Shown: positions 52,718-62,933 of the stretch, piece by piece | Layout of the letters: each line of letters opens with the position of its first letter | How positions within the stretch are numbered: the stretch's first letter is position 1 | Origin: an uncultured Pseudomonadota bacterium | Lineage (GTDB): Bacteria > Pseudomonadota > Alphaproteobacteria > Rs-D84 | Assembly (NCBI GenBank): GCA_937885575.1 | Contig: CALABO010000008.1 | Coordinates: 6,294-70,293, forward strand | DNA: 64,000 bases | Direction of reading: 5' to 3' | Translations under genes and position numbers: made by a program | The notes under the pieces: generated by a model | Database searches by the model: none | What the model saw: the letters and a program-made list of their open reading frames with translations, nothing else | What the model was told of the DNA's origin: nothing

Positions 52718-54297
52718 TCTTTCCTATCTGGATATTTGCCATCAATCAAATTCTGACGCACGATGTGGTGTTTGACCTTTTGCGTGCTGGTCATCGGCAG
52801 GGGTTCGGTCGTCATGGCATAGTGCGTCACCCATTTATAGGACGCGACCTTTTTATTCGCCGCCGCAATCGCCGCCGACAATTGTTCCATGGTCATACCC
52901 TCTTCCACGCTAAACACCCCGTATGCGACGGTTTTATCCTTTACCCGATGTTCAAAGACCGCAACATTTTTCACGCCAGGAATCGTGATAAACAGACCTT
53001 CCAGTTCGTCCGGATAAACATTTTTACCACTGTCCAAAACAATCACCTGTTTCTTGCGACCGGCAAAGTGCAATTCGCCGTTTTTATCCATCGACACCAT
53101 ATCGCCGGTATTAAAGAATCCGCGGTCATCGAATGCCTGTTTATTCGCATCGTCATTATTTAGATACCCATTGAAAATCTGATTCCCGCGCAGCCATAAA
53201 ATACCAACACCGTCTTCATTTTTATCGCGAATTTCAACCTCGTTATTCGTGGTCGGCGCACCAAAGGCGAACGGAATCCGCCCCTTGCACGGTTTGGAAA
53301 TGCAAATTGGCCCGACCGTTTCGGTCATACCATAGCCCTGAATAAACCCAAGGCCCAGCGCAACAAAGAAATTTTCAATTTCGGGTTTTGTCGCCGCACC
53401 GCCGGCAATCATCAACTTTACGCGGCCGCCGAACACATCCAAAACCGGCTTTGTCACCATATCCACCAACTTGCGCAGGCCGATTTTCTTCAGCAAATCC
53501 GCATTTTTCAACACGAACGAAAACAGCCACCATTTATGCTGTGACTTTACACCGTCAATTATCTTATTACGAAAAACCTCAAACAACCGTGGCACCGCCG
53601 GAATAACATGCGGGCGATAGCGTTTGAAATCCGCCAAAATTTCCTTTGGATTGACGGTCGGTTGCAACAACACACCCGCGCCGTATTGCAATGTCGCAAG
53701 TATTTCCACCGCAAACCCGAAAATATGATACATTGGCAAAAATCCATACATGACATCGCCAACTTCAAACCATTCGCGCATATCCAACAACGAATTTGCA
53801 CATTCCAACAAATTATAGTGCGAAAGTGGCACAACCTTTGGCGTGCCGGTCGAACCCGATGTGAACGACAATGTTGCGATATCCGTCGGCTTTAATTCCG
53901 CCGGTTTCAAATCCGGATTTTCCGCTTCGTCCGGCGCCGTAATATCAACAAACTGAAACACATCGGTTTTATAAAAGAACGATTTTTCCGCGCAGACATA
54001 TTTGCACTTTGTAATTTGCGCCATATTATCGTATTCGAACGGCGTCAAATTCGTATCCAGCAACAGCACCGTCCCACCCAAATACCAAATCGCAAACAGC
54101 GTTATCGGAAACGCCGGTATATTGTGCGACAAAATTCCAACCACATCGCCCGGCTTCACACCTAAGGAGTGCAAAGTCGCCGCGCGCGCCCGCACCATCC
54201 GCATAAAGTCCGAAAACGTGACATTTTCGCGCACCAAATATATGCCGTTCGGCCATTTCTTAACCGCACTTTCCAAAAATTGAAACATATTGTTCAT
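52714..54297 (-). CDS. AMP-dependent synthetase / long-chain fatty acid--CoA ligase
   Basis: AMP-binding motif SFTSGSTGTPKVV and the later TGD motif (FFNTGDMV). Confidence 0.8.
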   Translation of the reverse strand: MNNMFQFLESAVKKWPNGIYLVRENVTFSDFMRMVRARAATLHSLGVKPGDVVGILSHNIPAFPITLFAIWYLGGTVLLLDTNLTPFEYDNMAQITKCKYVCAEKSFFYKTDVFQFVDITAPDEAENPDLKPAELKPTDIATLSFTSGSTGTPKVVPLSHYNLLECANSLLDMREWFEVGDVMYGFLPMYHIFGFAVEILATLQYGAGVLLQPTVNPKEILADFKRYRPHVIPAVPRLFEVFRNKIIDGVKSQHKWWLFSFVLKNADLLKKIGLRKLVDMVTKPVLDVFGGRVKLMIAGGAATKPEIENFFVALGLGFIQGYGMTETVGPICISKPCKGRIPFAFGAPTTNNEVEIRDKNEDGVGILWLRGNQIFNGYLNNDDANKQAFDDRGFFNTGDMVSMDKNGELHFAGRKKQVIVLDSGKNVYPDELEGLFITIPGVKNVAVFEHRVKDKTVAYGVFSVEEGMTMEQLSAAIAAANKKVASYKWVTHYAMTTEPLPMTSTQKVKHHIVRQNLIDGKYPDRKE

Positions 54298-54366
54298 GAC
54301 ACAAAATCCTTGTTGTTTTTAGAACATATTGTCATTATTATACTTATAAAAGGAAATATTGCAAAT

Positions 54367-55134
54367 ATGAAAATACTAACCATCAACATCAATTCGATTC
54401 GCGCCCACGCGGAAAGTTTTATAAAAATCCTTGAATCGGGCGAATATGACACAATACTGGTCCAAGAATTAAAGGTTGAAACCGCCGGTTTTCCGCACAA
54501 CATATTCGAAGAATACGGATACAATATAAAGGTTTTCGGACAAAAAAGTTGGAACGGCGTTGCAACTTTTTCAAAATTTTCTATCGAAGACACCGTCCGC
54601 GGAATACCGAACTATACCGATATAAACGCGCGATTTTTGGAAACCGTGATTGATGGACGCATCCGTGTTATAAATGTCTATATGCCGAACGGCGAATCTG
54701 AAACATCGCCCAAATTCGAATATAAAATTGATTGGATGCGCGCATTTGGCGAATACATAAAACAATACATTGATTCACCCGAATCGGTAATAATCGGCGG
54801 TGATTTTAATGTGGCAATTGCCGACCGCGATATTTGGAAACCGGAAAACTATGTGGGGTCCAGTATTTCTGCACCCGCCGCACGCGAAATCTTGCAATCT
54901 TGGTTTGATGACGGTTGGACCGATGTGTGGCGCAAAATGCACCCGGACGAAATCGGATACACTTGGTATGGATATCGCCAGCGCAGTTTTGAAAACAAAC
55001 ACGGCCTGCGCCTTGACTATTTTATGGCAAACAAAACCGCCGCGAAAATGATTACAAAATGCGAAATTGACTGTGGTCCGCGCAGTGGCGAAAAACCGAC
55101 CGACCATTGCGGATTGATGATAAAGATTGATTAG
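54367..55134 (+). CDS. xthA: Exodeoxyribonuclease III
   Basis: The start is at ATG 54367 (MKILTININSIRA). EEP-family motifs QELK, GDFNV and a C-terminal DHCGL. Confidence 0.9.
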   Translation: MKILTININSIRAHAESFIKILESGEYDTILVQELKVETAGFPHNIFEEYGYNIKVFGQKSWNGVATFSKFSIEDTVRGIPNYTDINARFLETVIDGRIRVINVYMPNGESETSPKFEYKIDWMRAFGEYIKQYIDSPESVIIGGDFNVAIADRDIWKPENYVGSSISAPAAREILQSWFDDGWTDVWRKMHPDEIGYTWYGYRQRSFENKHGLRLDYFMANKTAAKMITKCEIDCGPRSGEKPTDHCGLMIKID

Positions 55135-57656
55135 TCGCGTTCGTCCGCCCGCGCAAAGTCATCGTATTCTTGATATTTTTGTTCACCGGTTCGGCGATAT
55201 TCGTATTCCGCGCCGCCCGCCGAATACATATTAAACAATTCCGTAACCTTGCTATACGCCGCATTTATTGCCGTTGCGGTTTCTTCCACATCGTATTTTA
55301 TTATTTTTGCATCGCCGGATTTAAGTTGCAAAAATTGCATAATCGGCATTTCACTTTTGACGGTTGTCCGAAAACGAAAGCCGGCATTTTGCAGCATATA
55401 CGCCTCTAACGGCAACTGTGGCATTGTCCCGTCCAAAAGTTGCTTTTTACTTGGTGTGGCACCCGTTTTTATATCCAGCACCCCACCGTCCCAAATTCTA
55501 TCGGCACGCGCGCGAACATTACGACCGGCAATATTTGCCATGCCTTCAATTTCAACAAACGCGCCACGTGTGTCCCGCAACATTTGCAGTGCGATTGGTG
55601 CAATTTCCATGAACCGCCGATGCCAGAAATAAAATATAAGGTTATTATTACCCAACACTTCCAACGCGCGTCTGTCCATTTCCGCAATCAGCCACTGTTC
55701 GGTCGCGCCCGCGGGCGCACTTTCCAATACCGCATGAACCAATGTCCCAAAATCACGCACATCGGCCCCAACCCAATAATCATCCGTTCGGCGCAAACGC
55801 AGTATATGCCGCACATAGAACGCATATGGATTATGTATCAACAATTCCAAACTTGTGACATATACATCAGACCAATCTGCGGGCGGTTGCGGGTTGGCAT
55901 AACAAAGTGGCCTTGATTCAACCACATCACGCGAACGCACAACATTTAATATGTCATTTGCCGCATCTGTATCAAACCGACCACGTGCAACAATAACACG
56001 TGAAATAAATCGCGATTCTTGTGTTTGCACACCACCCGAAACCTTGCTGCGCAACCAATACACTTCGCATCCACATGACAAATTCATAAAATCAAGTGCC
56101 ATCAGTGACACCTTGTGATTCGGTGATGGCAACCCAATTTTATTCGATATTTGCCGTGGCAACCACGGGTTTTCGTACCCGGTTGCCGGAAACATACCTT
56201 CGTTTAATCCGGTAAGTATAACCACGTCCGCCGTTTGCATACGCGATTCTATTGTTCCCAAAACACAGACGCTTGCCGTATCATTCATCGGCGGTCGCAC
56301 ACGAACACCGCCAAGGGTATCCGCAATAAACGCACGCGCATCGGTCAAACTAACCTGTATACTTTTACCCGTCAAACAATCGGAAAGTTTTTTTATCGCC
56401 GTCCAAATCGCAACAGATTCGGAACTTTCAACATCAAACTGTGGTGCAAAACTTTCGGCATATTTATCAACAATTTCCGCAACCGTATCAAACAAATTAG
56501 AATTATTACGCGAATAAATTTCTTCAAAATAATTAGTGCCATTTTCAATCCAATCATCAAACAAATTCAAAATCGCGCGCCCCGCCGCGGTCATTGTACC
56601 GGACAGGCCACCCGAAAAATCTGCATCAATGTTTCGCCGTTCAAATTCGCTTTTCAATCGTTGGTTTCCCGCCGCATCGGGCGTTATAATTAAAACCGTT
56701 TTTTTATCGCGAATTGCACGCGCCGTAATTTCGGCGGCGGCGGACGCTTCTTCGGATTCACGCGCGGCCTCTATTAAATGACAATTCGATAAATCACAAC
56801 CACTTAAATCGCTGTATACGTTGGAAAACGCCGTATTCATAAAATCAATATGCGACGCGCCGACATCAATTTCTTGGACATCTAATATATCAACACCGAT
56901 TGCCGACAAAAATTTATATTCTGAATTATATGGGTTTGTATCCAATTCAAAATCTTCCTTTTGTCCGGAAATCCGCCCCGGCAAAATTATCCGACCATTT
57001 GGCAACGATGCGATTACCGACATTAAATCACGCGTGACCGGCACACTTGCGGTTGACCCACAAACAATAACCAACGATTTTTTCGCGTCCATATTTTTCA
57101 CATAATCACACCACGCGTATACGTCAAAATTCCGGCGTTTTGTTTCGGTATCACGCCCACCAAAAATTTCATTTTGCACCCGCGACAGCACCGATAAAAT
57201 TTGCGCCTTGTCTTGAAAATGTTTTGCATATTTATCATCAACCAATGTCGTCCAATCAATTGTGGCAATATCAACAGAACTATTTTCCAAATAATCCTGC
57301 ATAGTAATAAGTGTTCGCGCAACCGGCAACGCATTTGATATATTTTTAATTGTCGGAATTGACGCCAACAAATACGCAGTTGCGACAACGCGTTCCAATG
57401 TTGAAACAACGCCAAATTTTTCATCATCCAAATCTGTATCTTCAACCCCTTCGCCCAACGGCACAAGGCGCGGCAACAGTGTCGCATATCCAACTTTATC
57501 AACAATCATTTTTTCAACACTGCGCACCGCACGCCGATTTGGTAAAAAAATCAGCATATCCGTTAAATTGATTCCGGATTCGCCCATCAGCACCCAAAGA
57601 CCATCCAAAATCTTTGCCGGATTCGAAACATAAAAGATATTTTCATTTAATGCCAA
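55131..57656 (-). CDS. addB: Double-strand break repair protein AddB (alpha-type, PD-(D/E)XK nuclease C-terminus)
   Basis: 841 aa with a TTG start. The C-terminal nuclease motif is GRNVRARADRIWDGGVLDIKTG. The inactivated helicase-like N-terminus has no Walker A motif. Confidence 0.6.
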   Translation of the reverse strand: MALNENIFYVSNPAKILDGLWVLMGESGINLTDMLIFLPNRRAVRSVEKMIVDKVGYATLLPRLVPLGEGVEDTDLDDEKFGVVSTLERVVATAYLLASIPTIKNISNALPVARTLITMQDYLENSSVDIATIDWTTLVDDKYAKHFQDKAQILSVLSRVQNEIFGGRDTETKRRNFDVYAWCDYVKNMDAKKSLVIVCGSTASVPVTRDLMSVIASLPNGRIILPGRISGQKEDFELDTNPYNSEYKFLSAIGVDILDVQEIDVGASHIDFMNTAFSNVYSDLSGCDLSNCHLIEAARESEEASAAAEITARAIRDKKTVLIITPDAAGNQRLKSEFERRNIDADFSGGLSGTMTAAGRAILNLFDDWIENGTNYFEEIYSRNNSNLFDTVAEIVDKYAESFAPQFDVESSESVAIWTAIKKLSDCLTGKSIQVSLTDARAFIADTLGGVRVRPPMNDTASVCVLGTIESRMQTADVVILTGLNEGMFPATGYENPWLPRQISNKIGLPSPNHKVSLMALDFMNLSCGCEVYWLRSKVSGGVQTQESRFISRVIVARGRFDTDAANDILNVVRSRDVVESRPLCYANPQPPADWSDVYVTSLELLIHNPYAFYVRHILRLRRTDDYWVGADVRDFGTLVHAVLESAPAGATEQWLIAEMDRRALEVLGNNNLIFYFWHRRFMEIAPIALQMLRDTRGAFVEIEGMANIAGRNVRARADRIWDGGVLDIKTGATPSKKQLLDGTMPQLPLEAYMLQNAGFRFRTTVKSEMPIMQFLQLKSGDAKIIKYDVEETATAINAAYSKVTELFNMYSAGGAEYEYRRTGEQKYQEYDDFARADERD

Positions 57657-58197
57657 TTATCGCCCTTAGGTTATCAATGCCATATTTTTTTTCGGCCGAT
57701 GTTTCAATAATATCATCAACCATCGCGGGATGGTCATTTGCGCAAATTGTGGTTTGCTCTTTTTCGCGCACCCGCTTATCTTTTTTCGTATAAACGATTT
57801 GATAAGATATCCCGTTCGCATCACAAAATTGCATAAGTTCCAAATCAGAATCGCGTGGTCCGATACGCGAATCGATTAAAACAAACAAACGCTTTAATTG
57901 TCGCCGCGTCATAATATATTCTTGGAATCGCAACAACCACCGCATCGCATCCGCCCGTGACACACGCGCATATCCATACCCCGGCAAATCAAGAATTATT
58001 ATTTTATCGTTCACATTAAACATATTCAGTGTCTGTGTCCGTCCCGGCGTATTCGATGTCCGCGCAACATTTTCACCCAGCACCGCATTGATAAGCGAAG
58101 ATTTTCCAACATTACTGCGCCCCGCAAAAGCGTATTCTGCAAATTGCGTTTCCGGCAAATCACGGACATTTTCAAAACCGCCAACAAATTTTATCAT
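57643..58197 (-). CDS. engB: Ribosome biogenesis GTPase YihA/EngB
   Basis: G1 motif GRSNVGKSSLIN and DLPGYGY. Its 3' end overlaps the addB start by 14 nt. Confidence 0.9.
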   Translation of the reverse strand: MIKFVGGFENVRDLPETQFAEYAFAGRSNVGKSSLINAVLGENVARTSNTPGRTQTLNMFNVNDKIIILDLPGYGYARVSRADAMRWLLRFQEYIMTRRQLKRLFVLIDSRIGPRDSDLELMQFCDANGISYQIVYTKKDKRVREKEQTTICANDHPAMVDDIIETSAEKKYGIDNLRAIIGIK

Positions 58198-58201
58198 GTG
58201 T

Positions 58202-58990
58202 TTAGTCCTTTTTAATCAAACGCTGATACGCTTCTTTTTTTGAAATTCCCGCACGCGCCGCCAAATCGCTTGCCGCGGCCTTGGTTGAATTTGCAACAAC
58301 ATCGTTCACGATTTCCGATATTTCCGCATCAGACATTTTGTGTTCCGGCGCCGGCGCAATCACGATAACTATTTCCCCACGTGGCGGTTCGATGTTTTTC
58401 AATTCCGCCGGATATCCGATTATCGCCTGTTCGTGAATTTTTGTTATTTCGCGCACAATTGCGATTTGCCGTTCCGGCATAACCCGCGCAATCGCATCAA
58501 TGGTATTCATAATCCGATTCGGACTTTCATAGTAAACAATCGTATGACGAATTTTGTTATCATCGCGCAGTTTTTTTTCATCAAAGAACCCACAAAAAGT
58601 GAACCTATCGGTCGGAAACCCACTAAGCACCAACGCAGATATCACCGCCGTTGGCCCCGGCACAACATATACCGGCACCCCCGCATCACGCGCCGCCCGA
58701 ACGATTCGGAATCCCGGGTCACTGATACCCGGCATACCGGCATCGGTCACAACCGCAACCGATTCGCCATTTTGAATTTTTTCTATCAATCCGCCAATAA
58801 CATCGCGCTCATTATGCTCGTGACACGACACGCGCCGCGTCTTTATGTCAAAGTGCGATGCGATTTTCGCAAAAACGCGAGTATCTTCGGCGGCGACCAA
58901 ATCGACATTTTTCAAAACATCAACCGCCCGCGGCGACATATCACCCAGATTTCCAATAGGTGTACCAACAATATAAAGCCCCGTTTGCAT
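58202..58990 (-). CDS. rsmI: 16S rRNA (cytidine1402-2'-O)-methyltransferase RsmI
   Basis: LYIVGTPIGNLGDMSPRA and AAEDTR motifs of the tetrapyrrole-methylase-fold RsmI. Confidence 0.9.
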   Translation of the reverse strand: MQTGLYIVGTPIGNLGDMSPRAVDVLKNVDLVAAEDTRVFAKIASHFDIKTRRVSCHEHNERDVIGGLIEKIQNGESVAVVTDAGMPGISDPGFRIVRAARDAGVPVYVVPGPTAVISALVLSGFPTDRFTFCGFFDEKKLRDDNKIRHTIVYYESPNRIMNTIDAIARVMPERQIAIVREITKIHEQAIIGYPAELKNIEPPRGEIVIVIAPAPEHKMSDAEISEIVNDVVANSTKAAASDLAARAGISKKEAYQRLIKKD

Positions 58991-59011
58991 TTATGAATCC
59001 TTTGTAGTAAA

Positions 59012-60649
59012 ATGATACAGAATAAAATGGATATTTCAATGCATATTATAAAACAGATTTTTGGATTAACTTGCCTTGCGGTGTTACTTTCATCGTGTCA
59101 TGGCAACAAGGGTTCTTCGGCGTGGCGTTCGGAATATACTGATGTTCCGGTCACCGCACCGACCCAATTGCAATATGGAACATATTCGTTTGGGATGTAT
59201 GGCGGTGAATCCGATGCGGCACACAGTATTGCTGTTTTGATTCCAACAAGTGGTGCAAACGCAAAAATCGGTAAATCGATTCGTTTGGGGGTTGAGGCCG
59301 CGACCATGCAATTCGCGCCCGATGGATTGCAGGTAAGGTTTTTTGACACCGGGACCGGCGACACAAATGAAACAATTGAACGCGCACTGGCATCAAATCC
59401 GGAAATAATAATTGGGCCGGTCTTTGCGGACAACGCGCGCCTGCTGCGCGATAAAAAACCATCGGCTATACCGGCGCTTTCGTTCACTTCTGATGTGTCC
59501 GCGGTTGGCGATGGGGTAATCAGTATGGCGGTTATGCCAACAAATGTTGTTGAATCGGCTATTGCTGAAATGTCTGCGAACGGTGCGAAAAACTTTATTG
59601 TAATTGCACCAAACAATACTTCTGGCCCGGTTATGGCGGGTGCGGCGAACGCGATTGCTGATTTCTATAATTTAGGAAATGTCGGTATATTTTATTACAA
59701 CGAACGCGACACCGATTCGATAAAGTCCGCGGCATTATCGGCATCTATGTATAACGCGCGCAATGCGGCAAACATACGCGCCAAGGAAATTTTGTCTGCG
59801 ATAATAAATCACGAAAGTTTAAGTGGTTCGGAAAAATATTCACTGGCGCGCCAATTGGATAACCTGAACAAGGTTGATACATTGGGCGATTTGCCATACG
59901 ATTCGATTTTATTCTTGGGCGATGGTAATGACACAAAGTCCGTGGCATCATTCTTGCGCTATTATGGTGTTGGCGCGCGTGATGTAAAATTTTATGGCAC
60001 CCCGCTTTGGGAAGATAGCGATATCGCATCTGATTTAACAATGATGGGGTCTGTATACGCCACGTTACCTGACATTCCAGAAAACTTCCGCAACGCTTAT
60101 TCAATCGCGACCGGAACATATCCAACCCGCATGTCAACAATCGGATACGAATCAACACTGCTTGCCATCGGCACATTGTATTCGCACGATGATATTCGCG
60201 CACATTTAATGAGCCCCAGCGGTTATACCGGCATAAACGGCCTGTTCAGGTTGCATACCGACGGCACAAACGAACGTGCATTGCGCATTATGCGCCTTAA
60301 TGGTGACGGCACAACATCTGTTGCCCGCACCGAACCCGCGGCATTCACCATTCCGATTTATCGCACGGGTGGAACATATATGTCGGCCGTTGAAAATATG
60401 CCACTGTATTCGGACGGCGTAAACCCGATGGATTACATAAAAATTCCTGAACGATTCCGTGGAAAATATAACGCAAAAACATACGGTGTAAATCACTCCG
60501 AAGAACCAAAGACATTTGAACCGATATTCCATACATCGACTATATTGCCAATAAACGATTCTGAATCCATAACGTCCGAAGATTATCAACCTGTGCCACT
60601 GGACAACATAAGTCGCACATATATTGATTCAGTTGAAATCACAGAATAA
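59012..60649 (+). CDS. LpoA/LppC-like lipoprotein (periplasmic-binding-protein fold)
   Basis: Lipobox LLSSC. An alternative start at ATG 59039 gives a cleaner signal peptide. It is divergent from rsmI, as lpoA (yraM) is from rsmI (yraL) in E. coli. Confidence 0.6.
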   Translation: MIQNKMDISMHIIKQIFGLTCLAVLLSSCHGNKGSSAWRSEYTDVPVTAPTQLQYGTYSFGMYGGESDAAHSIAVLIPTSGANAKIGKSIRLGVEAATMQFAPDGLQVRFFDTGTGDTNETIERALASNPEIIIGPVFADNARLLRDKKPSAIPALSFTSDVSAVGDGVISMAVMPTNVVESAIAEMSANGAKNFIVIAPNNTSGPVMAGAANAIADFYNLGNVGIFYYNERDTDSIKSAALSASMYNARNAANIRAKEILSAIINHESLSGSEKYSLARQLDNLNKVDTLGDLPYDSILFLGDGNDTKSVASFLRYYGVGARDVKFYGTPLWEDSDIASDLTMMGSVYATLPDIPENFRNAYSIATGTYPTRMSTIGYESTLLAIGTLYSHDDIRAHLMSPSGYTGINGLFRLHTDGTNERALRIMRLNGDGTTSVARTEPAAFTIPIYRTGGTYMSAVENMPLYSDGVNPMDYIKIPERFRGKYNAKTYGVNHSEEPKTFEPIFHTSTILPINDSESITSEDYQPVPLDNISRTYIDSVEITE

Positions 60650-60661
60650 ACGGTGAACGCA

Positions 60662-60910
60662 ATGAAGACAAAATATAAAATCATTATCGCATGTTTAATT
60701 ACCTGTATTGCGACCGCATTCGCAACCGTATATGTGATGAATCATAATATTTTTGGCCTATACACATCCGAAGAATTTATCTGTAAAGACGGCGCAAATC
60801 CCGACGAACACGGTTGCTGTCCTGGGGAACTTTATACAAACCTTTGGGACCAAGGCCCGGCCTGTTGTCCAACAACTGGTGGCGATTGTTTTCCACCACT
60901 TGAAAAATAG
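60662..60910 (+). CDS. Small membrane-anchored Cys-rich protein
   Basis: 82 aa from ATG 60662, with an N-terminal TM helix and then 7 Cys, including two CC pairs (GCCPGE, ACCPTTGGDC). Confidence 0.45.
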   Translation: MKTKYKIIIACLITCIATAFATVYVMNHNIFGLYTSEEFICKDGANPDEHGCCPGELYTNLWDQGPACCPTTGGDCFPPLEK

Positions 60911-60912
60911 AA

Positions 60913-62283
60913 TTAACCAAGGTTTTGTAAACTCACATTTTCGCCGTCAACAACAACGATGTTTCCTTTGCTAATTTCGGCATTATGTGCAACGGCAACA
61001 AAATCGCGCTGTGCGAACAAATCCGGCGTATAGACCGGGAACACACCACGCACCAAACACAATTGATTTGCAACAATTTCATCATCGCACACGGCAATTA
61101 TTTTTGTATCCGGTCGCCGACAAGAAATCTTTATCGCCGATTCAGTATCGCGCGCGAAAACAATTATCGCAATCGCTTTATTAAGATACGCCATTGAAGA
61201 AATTGACCGCGACCAATCATTTTCTTGCGTATTTTCGTTGCGCACCCAATCACTTGGATTTTCCATCGCATCATTATCTGAATACGCCAAAATTTTCGCC
61301 ATAGTTTCGATAACATTTAACGGATTTGCACCGATCGTTGTTTCTTCGGATGTCATAGTTGAATCTACACGCAGATATGCGGCATTTGCAACATCACTTA
61401 TTTCTGCACGCGTTGGAAATTCACTTTCCACCATCGACCCCAGCATTTGCGTTGCCATAACAACCGGTCGATTTAACCGCCGACATTCGCGTATAATATG
61501 TCGTGAAATCGCCGGCACCTGTTCATACGGCAATTCAACCGCCATATCACCACGCGCAATCATAATTCCGTCCGCCGCGCGTGCAATTTCATCAATTTGT
61601 TCAACCGCACTTTTGCGTTCTATCTTGGCCATTATTTTAACCGGCCGCGCGGTATGCGCGGTAATAAAGTCACGCACTTCGGATATGTCTTCGGGGCGTT
61701 GCACAAAAGAAACCGCCACCCAATCCGGATTTTTCGTCAGGGCATATTTCAAATCTGCCCTATCCTTTTCCGTTAGAACCGATGTATCAACAATCGTGTC
61801 TGGCAAATTAAATCCGCGGCGCGACCAAATTTCCGTTCCACGAATTACCTTTGTTTTAACCGAATCGGGTAAAACATCGGTCACCTGCATTTCTATCTTG
61901 CCATCATTTAATAGAATTCTTTCCCCAACCCGCAAAGACCGCATAACATCCGCGTCCGGCAACTGAACCCGCCGCGAATCGCCCGGCGCCGGATTTGAAT
62001 CAAATGTAAATGTTTGCCCAACCGAAATCGGATATTTTTCTTCGGTTTTGAAATTACCGATTCGGTGCTTTGGTCCCTGTAAATCCACCAATACCCCAAC
62101 GGGCACATTTAATTCCGCTGATATTTTCCGAATCGCATCAATCTTTTTCCCCTGGGCCGCACCAGTGTCATGACTAAAATTCATACGACACACATTTACG
62201 CCGGCCAAAATCATTTTTCGCAAAACCGCGACACTTTCACAACTTGGACCAATTGATGCAGTTATTTTTGTAAATCTTGTCAT
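60913..62283 (-). CDS. pyk: Pyruvate kinase
   Basis: TKITASIGPS and NVCRMNFSHD N-terminal motifs; 456 aa. Confidence 0.9.
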   Translation of the reverse strand: MTRFTKITASIGPSCESVAVLRKMILAGVNVCRMNFSHDTGAAQGKKIDAIRKISAELNVPVGVLVDLQGPKHRIGNFKTEEKYPISVGQTFTFDSNPAPGDSRRVQLPDADVMRSLRVGERILLNDGKIEMQVTDVLPDSVKTKVIRGTEIWSRRGFNLPDTIVDTSVLTEKDRADLKYALTKNPDWVAVSFVQRPEDISEVRDFITAHTARPVKIMAKIERKSAVEQIDEIARAADGIMIARGDMAVELPYEQVPAISRHIIRECRRLNRPVVMATQMLGSMVESEFPTRAEISDVANAAYLRVDSTMTSEETTIGANPLNVIETMAKILAYSDNDAMENPSDWVRNENTQENDWSRSISSMAYLNKAIAIIVFARDTESAIKISCRRPDTKIIAVCDDEIVANQLCLVRGVFPVYTPDLFAQRDFVAVAHNAEISKGNIVVVDGENVSLQNLG

Positions 62284-62361
62284 AATTTTACAATCTCTCG
62301 GTTGATTTTTACGTTTTATTGTATATCATAAAAAGGTCACTTTAACAAGGGGAAAACATCA

Positions 62362-62610
62362 ATGAAAAATGCAAACCACGGAAGTTTTGATAACCAGCAA
62401 TTGCTTGGTATCATCGAACGAATCGAAAAACTAAACGAAGACAGCGCGGCCATCGCTGCGGATATCAAGGAAATTTTTGCGGAGGCCAAATCCGCCGGAT
62501 ATGACCCAAAATACATTCGGCAAATGATTCGCCTGCGCAAAATGGACCCGGACGAATTGGACGAAACGGACGAATTGACCAAGATGTATCGCAACGCACT
62601 TGGCCTGTAA
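62362..62610 (+). CDS. gapR: Nucleoid-associated protein GapR (DUF2312)
   Basis: 82 aa. QLLGIIERIEKLNEDSAAIAADIKEIFAEAKSAGYDPKYIRQMIRLRK closely parallels the Caulobacter GapR core. Confidence 0.85.
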   Translation: MKNANHGSFDNQQLLGIIERIEKLNEDSAAIAADIKEIFAEAKSAGYDPKYIRQMIRLRKMDPDELDETDELTKMYRNALGL

Positions 62611-62618
62611 TTTTGCAA

Positions 62619-62933
62619 ATGAAAAAATTCACAAAAACCGTTGAAGATTTTGTTTGCGCCCATTGTGGGGCAACCGTCGTGGGCAATGGATACACAAACC
62701 ATTGCCCAAAATGTTTGTGGTCGCGCCATGTTGATAATAACCCTGGCGACCGCGCCGCAATATGTGGCGGTATGATGGAACCAATTTCCGCCGAACCCGA
62801 CAGGGGTGGATACATTATCACCCACAAATGTCAAAAATGCGGAAAAACGATTCGACAACACACATCCGAAGACGATGACATTGAAGAAATCATCAAAATA
62901 TCATCGAATTCGGATTTTATATTCGGTAAGTAA
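62619..62933 (+). CDS. RNHCP domain protein (zinc-ribbon)
   Basis: CAHCG...YTNHCPKCLWSRH...KCQKCG motifs. ATG 62619 is preferred to the TTG at 62613. Confidence 0.7.
   Translation: MKKFTKTVEDFVCAHCGATVVGNGYTNHCPKCLWSRHVDNNPGDRAAICGGMMEPISAEPDRGGYIITHKCQKCGKTIRQHTSEDDDIEEIIKISSNSDFIFGK

Noticed and set aside
62795-62812. CCGAACCCGACAGGGGTGGA inside the RNHCP gene, resembling the 3' end of family A halves (CCGAACGGCGACGGGGTGGTC)
   Set aside because: Only the short terminal stretch matches, and hairpin 1 and the AGTTCCCC block are absent. This is most likely chance.
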